From contig JBHGNT010000005.1 in NCBI GenBank assembly GCA_043228905.1, forward strand, positions 15,748,001 through 15,812,000: DNA of 64,000 bases. The letters are read 5' to 3'. Of this stretch, positions 11,010 through 23,651 are shown one piece after another. A program made the position numbers and the translations under genes. Position 1 is the first letter of the stretch, and every line of letters begins with the position of its first letter. Below the pieces are notes generated by a model. The model did no database searches and was not told the origin of the DNA. It worked only from the letters and a program-made list of their open reading frames with translations. The stretch is from Azolla caroliniana. Lineage: Eukaryota; Plantae; Polypodiophyta.

Positions 11010-11638
11010 TGACAGGAATACACGCTCCCTAAGCACAATGCTCGGCCACAACTGAGTCTAGGATCAAACAGAGAAAACGGGTAAGGTACGCACGACACAG
11101 TGAAGAGAAGAGTACACAGGATGTTAACGTGAAAAAACCCAAACTAGGGAAAAACCACGGCAGCCCACAGACTGCAATTTATCACTATATCACAATGTAC
11201 AATAGTAAAGCACCGAGGCAACGACCTCGAGCTTGCAATCTTCGCCACAGGTGGCGGTTACAACAGAGGCAACGACCTCTTCCTCTCTCTCTCTCTCTCT
11301 GTACACAGTTATGCACACTAATCTTGCACCAACAAGAATGACAACAACCACTACACACTAAGTTTGCCCTAAGTCATTTTTATACTAATATGACTTTTCG
11401 GCTATTTACCAATATAGCCCCGATGGACTCTCAGAAAACATATTTACGAATATGTCCCTTCATCCGGTGAGCACTTCTCATTGGGCCTTCGCCATCCGGC
11501 TCTTGCTGGGTACTCGTCATTCGGTTCTCACTGGGTCTTCTGTTGACGGGTACTCCACATCCAGCTTCAGCCTCGGCCGAGTTTGCTCATCAGCACTATT
11601 CTTCACACTTCCCATCCGGAGGGACCTGTTTCCTAACA
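11010..11638 (-). mobile_element. Solo LTR (629 bp) inserted in the LTR of copia B
   Basis: TG...CA termini, perfect TSD ATAGT (11005-11009 / 11639-11643); reverse-complement relative of 14572-15243. Confidence 0.9.
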
Positions 11639-12151
11639 ATAGTCTAGGCTACTACTAGGTTTCCGGTTCCTGCTTGAATCCGGCTCCCCGATCCGGCCAG
11701 TTGTTTCCGGATACCATCCGGATACCGATCAGGCTCATCCTTCCGAATGCCGAACTAGCTCAGGCTTATTCAGCTGATTGGGGTCCGGTTGAGCTTTCTC
11801 GCTCAACAAATATAATACTTGGTGTAACAACATGTGCATGAGAGGTTGGGAGTTTTTATGAATTTGAAAATTAGCCTTGATTATCTTGGTTGTGATTTAT
11901 GTCAAACTCATTCACAAATATGGTTTGGTTATACCGTGTGTAAAGAATCAAGTACTTGATTTTGTGCAACAGAAATGAATTAGAAGGGTGTGTGTATGTG
12001 TGAGATATAGATAGATAGATATATAGATAGATAGATTCTATTATCATCTTCGGAGGTCAAATATGACCTATGAGACCAAAAATATTACATTTCACACGAT
12101 ACGTGCGAAAGTGAGTAGTGACTCTTGATGTTCAAGAACCTTACCAATGAA

Positions 12152-12470
12152 TGTTGCAATCGAGAGTGCATATTGTGGTTGTGAGAGGAATTCGTGCAAG
12201 GATGATAAAAAACCAATTGACATCTTACAATGGAGAGGGGAAGGTGGTTATATAGCCACCTTCTCTCTACACTCTCTTAATACAACTACCTCTTGGGAAA
12301 GAGGGGGAAACTTAACTACCTAATAACTATGTGCTATAAGAGGTATGTCTATGATATATTAGTTATTGTTACATAGTAGTGGGGTGTTCACACACTTGGA
12401 TATTCCTAAGGTGTTTTCACACACTAGGGGAGGTTGAGTTTGATTCTCAATACGCCCCTTCAAACTCAAC
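12152..12470 (-). mobile_element. Orphan copia 3' LTR (about 300 bp) with PPT, related to element A
   Basis: rc reads TTGAAGGGGCG-TATTGAGAATCAAACTCAAC, similar to the PPT/LTR junction of A at 4143-4174; probable other end TGTTG at 12152. Confidence 0.6.
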
Positions 12471-12586
12471 TTTTGATCGATGGACAATCGACTTTTACTC
12501 TCTGTGTGTCTCTCTCTCATTGTGTAGCCATTCTATGTGTTTACCATGTCAAGTAATGCGTCGTCAATCCACAAGAAAGGAAATAC

Positions 12587-12764
12587 GTTGAAATACACAA
12601 CTTAGAAACACAGAGAAAAACAATGCACACATATTTACGTGGAAACCCTAAAATGGGAGAAAACCACAGAGAACAAAGACTTCACTATATAGTGGATGTA
12701 TAATAGAGAAGATAGGGCATAGAGAAGATTACAGGGCATCGAAGCTCTCTTAGCTATGGCGCCG

Positions 12765-12795
<31 letters not shown>

Positions 12796-13225
12796 TGTGT
12801 ACACAAAAACATAGAGGCCCACGCTATTCTGTTCTACTCACACACTCTCAACATTTGCCCTAGATGTATTTATACTCATACATCATATGGGCTATTTACA
12901 AGTGTAGCCCCTACTACACATCACTACTATTATTATCTATAATAACAAGTAGCCATCAGTCGACTCTAGTGTCGATTGTCCAGTTGGCCCGACTAGTCGG
13001 CCTGGTCATTGACCATTCGGTCAGCCTGACTAGTCGGTCGTATCTTCGACCTGGATCTACTTCTTGTTGACTCACCCAGTCAATTCTCTCAATCGAATTT
13101 CTCATAGTCAAATCTTCAACCATCAACACTCGGTCCGAAACATTGGCTCCTCCTTGTGTTCGACCCTTGGCACTTCTTGGCCCAAATCAGTCGGCTCCTC
13201 CCACTGGAGGGACATATTCCCAACA
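12587..13225 (-). mobile_element. LTR related to the LTR of copia C (solo or truncated)
   Basis: rc starts TGTTGGGAATATGTCCCTCC, like 13383; shares CCGACTAGTCGG repeats; left end approximate, no TSD found. Confidence 0.6.
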
Positions 13226-13382
13226 TACCCAACTATCGAGTTTACGAATAAATGACTATGTACTCTGTGTCTTTCGTTGACGCTTCCACACACGTATTCT
13301 TTTACATGGTATCAGAGCGTGAAGGTTGAGAGTCCTCTACGGCAGACTGAAAAGAAAAGCGGACAAGATAGAGACAAGTTTC
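13226..13382 (+). mobile_element. Remnant of another copia element E: LTR 3' end, PBS and leader
   Basis: ...TTTTACA followed by TGGTATCAGAGC at 13307-13318 and a leader similar to element D. Confidence 0.7.
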
Positions 13383-13941
13383 TATTAGGAATATGTCCCT
13401 CCTATGGGTGCAACCGACTGGTCGTGCCGAGTGCCAACAGTCAAAGACATGGAGAGTCGACTGGGGGAGTCGACAATGGGAGAGTCCAAGTCGAAGACAC
13501 GACCGACTAGTCGGGCCGACCGGATAGTCGAAGATAAGGCCGACTAGATAGTCAGCACTGGAGTCGACTAGTCGAATCCCGCTGGCTGATTAATTATTGT
13601 TGTTATAATGGGAATAATAGTAGCAGTGGCTATATTTTGTAAATGGCCCATACAGTGTATAAGTATAAGTACACTTAGGGAAAACATAGTGTTATATGAA
13701 CAGAAGTGTGTGTGAGCCTCTGTAGTTGAGTGCGATAGAGAAGAGAGAGTGTGTGAGCGAGTGGGAATGACGCCATAGCTAAGTGAGCTTAGACATCAAG
13801 AGCCTCGTGAGGCTGTTACACTCTGATGTGTGGGAGTGTTGTAATCTCGTCGTATTGTATATCCATTGTATAGTGAAGATATTTTCTCTCTTGGTTTTCC
13901 CCGTTTAGGGTTTCCATGTAAATCTGTGTATTTTGTGCATT

Positions 13942-14360
13942 TGTCATGAACACATTACCATTATGGCATCACCCGGACTTGAACCTCGAACCTTGTAATC
14001 CATAATTGAAAACCTCAACCATTAAGATAGCTTATTGTCATATGAGAGGATAAAAGCTACTTTTTGTGTTAGATTGATTATTGTAAAAACTCTACATCAT
14101 TCTAGAATGTCCCAAAACATTCTAGAACATTATAGAAATCTCTAAGCTATTCTATAGGAACCTATAAATAAGGGCATACATGTATTCTCAAATCAATTCG
14201 AATCAACACTAGTCTTTAGCTCTCATTACATATCTTGTATCCATTCTCTTTCTTTCTCTATCTTAATACACCCATTCTTCTTTTAGAATTTCATTCCTTT
14301 GTTCTCGTGTTCCCTTATATCCTTCTTCCATCACTCTATCTTTTATTCTTCGTTCTGACA
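13942..14360 (+). mobile_element. Solo LTR related to the chromovirus LTR
   Basis: TGTCATGA...TGACA termini, TSD GCATT/ACATT (4 of 5 match), shares ACATTCTAGAA and the TATA context with 4805-5244. Confidence 0.82.
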
Positions 14361-14571
14361 ACATTTGTTGTTTTTCTTGTCTTTGCACGATATTACCTAC
14401 TTATAGTCTGTCTCTATCACCACTTAAAGGGAACAAAACTCCACAATTTGGTATCAAAGCTTGGCTGAAGATGGAAGGAGGTGTAAACGGCTTCCTAGGC
14501 ATGATAGTTCTAAACTCTCAAAAATATGCAGACAGGAAGATAAAGATGGAGGACCTTCTCATAGTCAAAGA

Positions 14572-15243
14572 TGTTAGGAAATAGGTCCCTTCGGATGGGA
14601 AGTGAGAAGAACAGTACTGATGAGCAAACTCGGCCGAGGCCAAAACCGGATGTGGTGTACCCGACTACAGAAGACCCGGTGAGAACCGGATGAGGAGTAC
14701 CCGGCTACGGAAGACCCGGTGAGAACCAGATGAGGAGTACCTGGCAAGAGACGGATGGTGAAGGCCCGGTGAGAAGTGCTCGCCAGATGAAGGGACATAT
14801 TCGTAAATATGTTTTCTGAGAATCCATCGGGGCTATGTTTGTAAATAGCCGAAATGTCATATTAGTATAAATATGACTTAGGGAAAACTTAGAAGTGTGC
14901 AATAGTTGTCATTCTTGTTGGTGCAAGACTAGAGAACGCGTAACAGTGTACTGAGAGAGAGAGAGAGAGGAAGAGGTCATTGCCTCTGTTGTAACCGCCG
15001 CCTGTGGCAAAGATTGAGAGCGCGAGGTCGTTGCCTCCGTGAGCTCATTGTTGTAATCATTGTGATATAGTGATAGTTTGGAGTCTGTGGACTCCCATGG
15101 TTTTTCCTCTCAGGGTTTTCCATGTTAAACATCCTATGTAATCCTCTCTTCTTTGTGTCGTGCATTCATTCCCGTTTTCTGTGTTTGATTCTAAGCTCGG
15201 TTGTGGCCAAGCGTTGCGCATAGGGAGTGTGTAGTTCCTGTCA
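14572..15243 (+). mobile_element. Solo LTR (672 bp) inserted in gag of copia C
   Basis: TGTTA...TGTCA termini, perfect TSD AAAGA; internal tandem duplication of about 40 bp near 14670-14745. Confidence 0.92.
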
Positions 15244-16209
15244 AAAGACCTGTACGGCCAATCGACAGAGCAGAAATACCAACGGGAGTATTAGAGTGTG
15301 AATGGAAAACTCCTAAATAGGAAGGCGGTGGCCACCATCAGACAGTGCATTGATGTAAGTGTCCTTCAGCATGTAGCGAGCGACACAAAGGCCTACGAGA
15401 TGTGGTAGACGCTGTCAGGTTTATATGAGAGGAAGAACACCCTCAACAAAACATCTCTAATGAGTGAGATTGTGAGACTGAAATACAGGGACGAGGAAAG
15501 CATACTCGAGCACATTAGCACATTCATGGGGTATGTGAATCAACTTGCAGCAACCAAGTTTCCCTTTGAGGATGCAATGCAAGCCATCCTCCTATTGTGC
15601 ACCTAGTCAGACAGCTGGGAGAATCTAGTGGTGACTCTCAGCACCTCGTGTCAGGAAGAGAACTTATCTCTACAAGCGGTAAAGATGAGCATCTTGAACG
15701 AGGAGACTAGAAGGAAGGACAAGGGTGTCCTAGTCCAGTCAGAGTCAAATTTGACTCAACATACCGGCAGAGGAAGGAATTGGCAAAGGAGTGCACCAAG
15801 GAAAGAAAAGTCCCATGCCAGATCCAAATCCAGAGGTAAGAAGACATGCTTCTATTGTGGAAAGCCTGGACACTTCCAGAAGAACTGCTGACACCTCAAG
15901 AAGTGAATGTGGCAACCAACTCGAGTGGAGTGTTATGGCATAAGAGGCTTGGCCACATGAGTGAAAAAGGAATGCACATCCTGGCCAATCAGGAAGTTCT
16001 CCCAGAAGTGAAAGGAGTTCACTTGGAGAAGTGTGTCGACGGCCTAGTTTGAAAGCAGAACCAAGCAACATTAAACACAAGACCACCAAGAAAAAGAGAA
16101 GTTGCACTGGAACAAGTACACAAGGATGTATGCTATATAGATGCTCTGTCCCATTGAGGTGGATAGTACTTTGTAACGTTTATTGATGACTATACTCGGA
16201 AGACATAGG

Positions 16210-16548
16210 TGTTGAGCGGCAAGCTCAACCGGAGCCGGATCGGCTGAATAAGCCTGAGCCGGTAAGCGAGATGAATCGGTATGCCGGTGAGCAACCGAGC
16301 CGGTAAGCAGTAAGGACTAGTGAGCTGGGGAGCCGGTATGCCGGATCCAATCCGTAACCGGAAGCCTAGTATAGGTTAGACTACTAGGCAGTTATAGTCT
16401 TGTAGTTAGTGTCAGATGCTCGTGTGAGCATTGAAGTACACCGTACTTCTAACAGTCCCGTGTGGACTTGTATAAATAGCGCTGATGAGCGCGTTGTAGA
16501 TATAGATAGCACAGAGTATTCATATAATTTTGAAGAATAGTGTGTCCT

Positions 16549-16592
<44 letters not shown>

Positions 16593-19500
16593 TGTATTGT
16601 TCTTTCTAACGCTTCCGCAAGCAATCTTTAACATGGTATCAGAGCGCGTGGGTTGAGAACCTCTGCTGCAGACATCTACGCTTGAGATGGAAACCCTAAC
16701 AGATCGGGAAACAGACACAAAAGGAGAAATGGACAGAGGTATGGCTACGTCGCTCCCGGTGGAGAAGCTCGACAGAACCAACTACGCATCTTGGTCATAC
16801 AAGATGCACCAGTACCTGCTTGGGCATGGCTACTGGAGTTATGTTGACGGAGTGAACGACTCAGCACCGAAGACAACACACAAGGACTTCCCAGTGTGGG
16901 AACAGGCGGCAAGCAGGGTGATGTACTGCTTCGCGTCCAGTGTCGGTGACCAGCTGCTCAGCCATAGCTATGACGCCAAGACACCGAAGGATGCTTGGGG
17001 AAACTTGAAAAAGGCCTTCGCCGCAAGCACCATTGCCCGGAAGCTACAACTCAGACAGGAGTTCAGCAATGTTCGATAGAAGAACATGCCGGTGGCAGAT
17101 TACACAGACCGGATCAAAGGGATCTGTGACTCGCTTGCCTCTATTAATGTCCCCGTAGAGGAAGAAGAGATGGTGCAGGTCTGTCTTGGAGGCCTGGTGT
17201 CCAAGTTCGGAGCTTTCCGGATTGCGGTTTGTACAAGGGAGAATATGCCCTCATTTTTCAACTTATAGTCGATGCTCCTTGTAGAGGAGAACCATGCCAA
17301 TGCATCTACCAGTGCATCCCCAGACAACCGGATGCTGTACACGGGAGCGGATTGGTCCCGCGGGCGTGGTGGAAGAGGCAGGTCGGCACGCAATGGAGGC
17401 GACCGGCAAGAGCAGGAACGAAGGCAGAGTGAGCGTGCGGACAGCAGTTCCGGGACTTCCACAAGCAGGGGGAGTCTAGGTGGTGCCAGAGGCCGGCAAG
17501 ACAAATCTGCTATGGAATGCTGGTACTGTGGCAAAAAGGGCCACAGGGAAAGCGAATGCTGGAGAAAGTGTGCCGATTCGGACAAATCCGGATCTGGCAA
17601 GACCGGTAAGGAAGGCCGGCAAAGCTCGCACTACGCAAACGGATCGAGAGGATCCAAGAACGGTAAGGGGCCAGCCTTGGTGATGAAGCACAAGGCAAAC
17701 TCAATGAAGAAGACCACTTCCAAATCGGAGGAAGTGTGGTACGTTGACTCCGGCGCATCGAACCACATGACGAGCCACGAGTGGTTCTCCTTTTTGGAGA
17801 AGCCGGATCAATCGGGAGTTGTCGAAACCGGAGACGACACTCCCCACCCAATCGTGCACGTTGGAGAAGTCCCTTTGAGCCACGTCGGACAGAGGGGGAA
17901 GCTGATGAATGTATTACATATTCTGATGATCACGAAGAACCTGGTGTCGGTCGGACAGATCGTCGACCAGGGGATGCAGGTGCGGTTTACGCACCTCGGG
18001 TGCTTCATTGAGGATGAGGGCGAAGTTATGCGCAAGGGCGCAGAGATGGGAGGATGTTTATCCTCAACACCAATGACGTCGGCACCGCACTGTTCACCAA
18101 AGGACAGAAGGTCGAGTCGGATATTGACCTGTGGCACAAGCAGATCGGCCACGTCAACTACCGGAGGCTTCAAGACCTGCAAACAGAACAAGTCATTTTC
18201 GGTTTGCCGAAGTTTAGCGGCCGGAGAGCCCAGATTTGTGAAGCCTACCAACTCGGGAAGCAACACCGGCTTCCATTCCCCACCAAAAGAAATCGAAGCC
18301 GTAACAAGCTCGATCTTATCCATTCGGATGTGTGGGGACCGGCACAAAATGTTAGCATTGGCGGGAGTCGATATTTCGTCTCCTTCATCAACGACTACAC
18401 GTGGCATACATGGATCTACCTCATTGAGTGGAAGAGCGAAGTCTTCGAGTGTTTCCGGAGCCTCTAGAAGATGGTGGAACGGGAATCGGAGAGGAAGATC
18501 AAATGCCTACGGTCGGATGGTGGAAAAGAGTATTTTTCCGGCCAATTCAACAACTATCTGCAACAAAAAGGAATTCGGTGAGAATTCAGCTGCAGATACA
18601 CACTGCAATAGAAAGGTGTGGCCGAAAGGAAGAATTAGTCGCTGATTGACGCGGCTAGGGCAATGCTGGAGGAAAAGAGCATGCCCAAGTTCTACTAGGC
18701 GGAGGCGGTCCAAATGGCCGTTTACATCCAGAACCGGATCGGGGACAAGGTGTCAGCTCACGAGCTATATTTCGGGCGCAAGTCGAATTTGAGACACCTC
18801 CGGATATTCGACAACATAGCCTATGTACATGTGCCGGATGAGAAGCGGAGAAAGCTGGATGCAAAATCGGAAAAATGCATCCTAGTCGGCTATGCTCAAG
18901 AGCAAAAGGGGTATAAGTGTTATAACCCCCGGACGAAGCAGGGCCGAGTCAGCCGAGATGTCGAGTTTGATGAATCGGCATCGTGGTATTCCTTACCGAC
19001 TCCGAATTCTGATCCCGACCCGATGTCGGAGGATGGGGTTAGTGAGCCTGAACCGGCCCAGGTAGAGAAAGATGAAGCGTTCGGAATCGTTCCGGTTAAG
19101 CGGACCGAATGAGAGACTGGATTAGTCCAACCAGTCGGATGATGAGACGGCGAGTAGTGGAGACTCTATCGTGCTCTCCCCGTGCAAGGAACCGAGGAGA
19201 TGGTTCACACCCAAAGAGAAAGGGAAGCAGAAGATGCCGGAACTCGAGACCGGCAATGATGAGTCGGATCGGTGCGTATCTGACTTCGGCAAGGACATAG
19301 GCAGATATTCGGGAACGAAGACCAAAATGGCCAAGAAGGGTCTCATACCGGGTAACGGTGAGTTACGCCGGTCCACCCGCCAGAAGGATCCCGTTAAATG
19401 GTACGGGTATAACGAGTACATGGCGCATCATTATGCGTACATGACTAAGGTCGCGGAAGTGCGTGAGCCGGAGAGCTACGCAGAAGCGGCAAAGGACGCA

Positions 19501-21984
19501 AATTGGCGTGCTACTATGGAGGAAGAAATGTGGGCACTGGATGCCAACGGAACTTGGGACCTGGTTGACCCTCCCCGTCACTGTAAAACGATCAGATGTA
19601 AATGGGTGTACAAGATATAGTACAATGCCGATGGTACAGTTAACCGATACAAGGCCCGGTTAGTGGCGAAGGGATATGTGCAGACCCACGGAATCGACTA
19701 CGACGAGACCTTCGCTCCTGTAGCGAAGATGACGACGGTTCGTGTGGTAATGGCGGTTGCTGCGGCAAGGGGGTGGCATCTTCATCAGATGGATGTGAAG
19801 AATGGCTTCCTTCAAGGAGATCTTGAAGAAGAAGTCTTTATGACTCAGCCCCCTGGATTTCAGTCGGAGGTGAACAAGTCGGCGGTATGCCGGCTGAGGA
19901 AGTCATTGTACGGCTTAAAGCAAGCCCCCCGTGCTTGGAATGCTAAGATCACGCACCGGTTGCGAAAGATGGGGTTTGTTGCCTCTAAGTCGGACTCTTC
20001 CTTGTTCATCCATCAAGGCTCAAATGGTCTGGTATGTATCTTACTCTATGTTGATGATTTAGTCATCACCGGCCCAGGTCTTCCGGAAATCAACCGCATC
20101 AAGTCCCAGTTGTCGGACACATTCGATATGAAGGACTTGGGGGACCTTCATTATATTTTGGGGATCGAGGTGATCTGCACCCCCGACGACATATTGCTTT
20201 CTCAATGCCATTATGTGTTGAATATACTGTACAAGTTCGGCATGACAGAATGCTGACCTGTCTCCACACCCCTGGACCGGAATCAGAAGATCCGTCCCAA
20301 CTCCGGACCACTTTGCAATGAGAAACGGTTCCGACAAATAGTCGGAAGCCTGATCTACTTGACCATCACCCGACCTGACATTAGCTACCCGGTCGGAGTG
20401 GTAAGCCAATTCATGCAGAAGCCGACCGTGGAGCACCTTCAGTTCGCGCAACGAATATTGAGGTATGTAAGCGGCACTAAGGACCGGGGGCTCTTATACC
20501 GGCAAGGTATAACCTAAGAGCTTGTCGGCTACACGGATGCCAACTGGGCTGGCGATACAACGGATCGTCGCTCAACTTCCGGCTTTATGTTTTCTCTTGG
20601 GAGCGCGACTGTTGCGTGGAGCAGCAAAAAGCAGCCAACAGTGGCTCTATCCAGCATTGAGGCTGAATATCGGGGCGCGACCGTTGCCACCTGCGAAGCC
20701 ATTTGGCTTTGGTGACTACTGCAAGACCTGCGGATTGAGGTACCGACCCCGATCCTGATCTATTGCGATAACCTCAGCAGGATGTAGCTCGCCAAGAACC
20801 CTGTGTTCCATGCTCGCACAAAGCACATAGAAGTGCATTATCACTTTGTGCGTGAGCGGTCAAGTTGAACTACGGTATGTTCACACGGATCGGCAAGTTG
20901 TCGACATCTTCACCAAGCCGCACGGGTTGGACAAGTTGCAACACTTTACCAAAATGCTTGGTGTTCAGCATCTCAACGTGCCGCACTTGAGGGGGAGACG
21001 CAAGGGCAAAGACACTACCGAAACGGGCAAAGGCAAAAAAACTGTTGAACCCGTAGGTAAGAGAAGAACCGGTAGAGGTGGAGACAAGAAGAAAAATGAA
21101 GCCGAGTCGACGAAGAAAGTTGGCACATCCGAATAGGTCGGAGTGAGCGGCTGTGAAGAAGAAGTGTACACTCAGGAAGAGAAGTGCATGCCATGCGGAG
21201 GTCATCACGATCGTAATGGCCATGATGCGGAGTCGAATGAAGAATTCGACTTCGGTGAACCGGCTGAAGAGGCCAAGGAGACACAGACGCAGCGGAAGTC
21301 GATGCCATCGCGGAGGAACCGACGGATTGGCAAGCGCCGGAGTCATAGCAACGAAGGAGCTGAGATGGGCCTATTGAGCAAACATGCCGAAGGTCGAGGC
21401 GCGCAGAACCAAAGGGGTCGCGGCAAACGGGACCGGACCGGACAAGGAGCGCGAGCAAGGCGAAGCGACACCAGGAGAAGTCGGTTGGAAGAACCGGCTG
21501 CCACAGAGGTTGACACTACGACCCTACCTCAGGTTGAGCTTGAGGGGGAGTGTTGAGCGGCAAGCTTAACCGGAGCCGGATCGGCTGAATAAGCCTGAGC
21601 TGGTAAGCGAGATGAGTCGGTATGCCGGTAAGCAACTGAGCCGGTAAGCAGTAAGGACCAGTGAGCTAGGGAGCCGGTATGCCGGATCCAATCCGTAACC
21701 GGAAGCCTAGTATAGGTTAGACTACTAGGCAGTTATAGTCTTGTAGTTAGTGTCAGATGCTCATGTGAGCATTGAGGTACACCGTACTTCTAATAGTCCC
21801 ATGTGAACTTGTATAAATAGCGCTGATGAGCGCGTTGTAGATACAGATAGAATAGAGTATTCATATAATTTTGAAGAATAGTGTGTCTTGCTCTCTCTCT
21901 CTCTCTCTCTCTCTCCCGCGTACTCTCTCTCTCTCTCTCTTTGTGTATTGTTCTTTCTAACGCTTTCGCAAGCAATCTTTAACA
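16210..21984 (+). mobile_element. Full-length Ty1/copia element D, coding region decayed
   Basis: LTRs 16210-16633 and 21551-21984; perfect TSD ATAGG; PBS TGGTATCAGAGC 16634-16645; PPT GAGGGGGAG 21542-21550. Confidence 0.96.
16687..20998 (+). pseudogene. Copia gag-pol pseudogene of element D
   Basis: Fragments with CWYCGKKGH, WYVDSGASNHM, HSDVWGP, LYVDDL; many stops and frameshifts. Confidence 0.92.
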
Positions 21985-23651
21985 ATAGGTCTTCGTACTG
22001 AAGTCGAAACCATGCATATTCATGGGATACTTGGAGGACGAGCTCAACTACAGGTTGTGGGACTTAGTCAATAAGAAAGTAGTGAGGAGTCGGGATGTAG
22101 TCTTCTTAGAAGACAAGACAATTGAGGACTGGAGGTAACAGAAGTCGGAATCGACTTCCCAGTCGACTCTCACTATTACCAACTTAAGGCCAAGTGAACC
22201 TACACACTCAACTGCTCAGAGACAGCCAGTCGGCATAGCCAAATCCGAGTTTGCGAACTCGGAGCAACCGACCAACATAGATGAGTCGGAGTCAGCGGAC
22301 TTATGGAAGTCGATTGAGGACTATGAGCTGGAATAGGCAAATCCTCAACGACTGATCGACACATATGAACCCGAGCTGAGAGGAGAGTTGGCAAAGACAT
22401 CTGAGCTTGAGCCGAAAACGAGTGGAAGGAGATAACCACTCAGAGAAAGGAGAGCGCCGGCGACATAAGCCAGCCAATACATCCTCTTGATTGATGAAGC
22501 TGAACCAAGGTGCTACGAAGAAGCCATAGCTAATGATCACAAGGAGAAATGGCAGAGTGCAATGCAAATGGACTCCTTGCATGAAAACTATACCTACGAG
22601 TTGGTGGAGCTACCAAAGGGTAAAAGAGCGCTTAGACATAAATGGGTCTACAAGGTGAGGACTGGGGAAGTCGACAACACACCTAGGTATAAAGCCCGGA
22701 TAGTGGTGAAGGGGTTTCAATAGAAAAAGGGTGTTGACTCTGACGAAATATTCACACCAGTCGTGAAGATGACATCCATCCGAACTGTTATGAGAATGTT
22801 AGCCGGCTGGCAAGGGAAGTCCAAAATGGGAAATGAGGGGATAATATTTACATAGAATTATTATGATTTGAGAAGCGAACGGACAGACACGGAATCAGTA
22901 TGCCGATCCGGATCCGAACCGGTTTGTTGCCGGTTGCCGGTTGGCACCGGTTTGTACCTAAAACCAGAGACCTATAAAAAGGGCCGGTTAGATTGTAATC
23001 ATTAGCGGATAATTAATAGAGTGATGTTGTTCTATATCTTGATCATTGTTAATTACCATTCTGTGCTAAGTATAATTTATCCTACACGTGTATTGTGAGT
23101 AATGATATTGCCGCTAGTAACTCCTCAGGGTTCCATTAATAGTCGGTCTAACTCTATCTCACTGCAACACCCCTTTGGTGAAGTGTCTCAAAGAGACACC
23201 CTATGTTAGGCCATTGTCAAAGAGATAACACAATTTTTGGCAACCACAATTCCTGCACAAATGCAGCGAACAACGGCGGGCATGGATGACTAGACCAACA
23301 AACGACCTGGTTACGAAGCGTGCAAGAAGACTTGCCGAACGATTGCGAAAGCGAGAGGCTTTCCAATAGGCGGCAGAAGAGATCCGTGCGAATCGCTCAT
23401 TTTCCAAAGTAATCCGGCGAGTGGCTGCAGAGTCACCCCGCGGATAGCAAAATTCCCAACCGGATGAAGGAAGTAGTTTGACCAGTCTCCGGGACACGGA
23501 ATCCATTCTGCAGGCACTAGTGATAGGGGGAGGCGATTCGGAACCATTCTGAGCCTTCGAATCGGATTCGGATGGTGAATGCAGCGCCCATTCGAATTAC
23601 CGTAGCAGCCACGACACCGTAGACGGACCGGAGGACGAGCAGTCAGATACC

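Larger units (their letters stand above)
4455..11808 (-). mobile_element. Ty1/copia element B, 5' part (LTR, PBS, gag N-terminus), split by later insertions
   Basis: Minus-strand gag pieces at about 4460-4799 (VDEEEMVQICLG) and 10487-10640 join across the chromovirus; tRNA-iMet PBS (rc of TGGTATCAGAGC) at 10730-10741; LTR 10742-11808 resembles the LTR of element D. Confidence 0.85.
13383..22796 (+). mobile_element. Ty1/copia element C (Tnt1/Tork-like), internally deleted, host of four insertions
   Basis: 5' LTR about 13383-14445, PBS TGGTATCAAAGC 14449-14460; gag from 14471 (KMEDLL..KDL, CFYCGKPGH), LWHKRLGHMSEKG, integrase remnant, RT start (YKARIVVKGF) cut at 22796 by element F. Confidence 0.82.

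Noticed and set aside
11809-12151. Possible unique host DNA
   Set aside because: Short, AT-rich, contains a (GATA)n tract and no ORF; probably an old repeat remnant that cannot be assigned
17100-18407. Long antisense ORFs in copia D
   Set aside because: Shadow ORFs of GC-rich coding sequence; not conserved in related element A
23238-23252. TGGCAACCACAAT as PBS of element F
   Set aside because: Position is plausible but I could not assign a tRNA or a self-complementary partner, so it is not annotated separately
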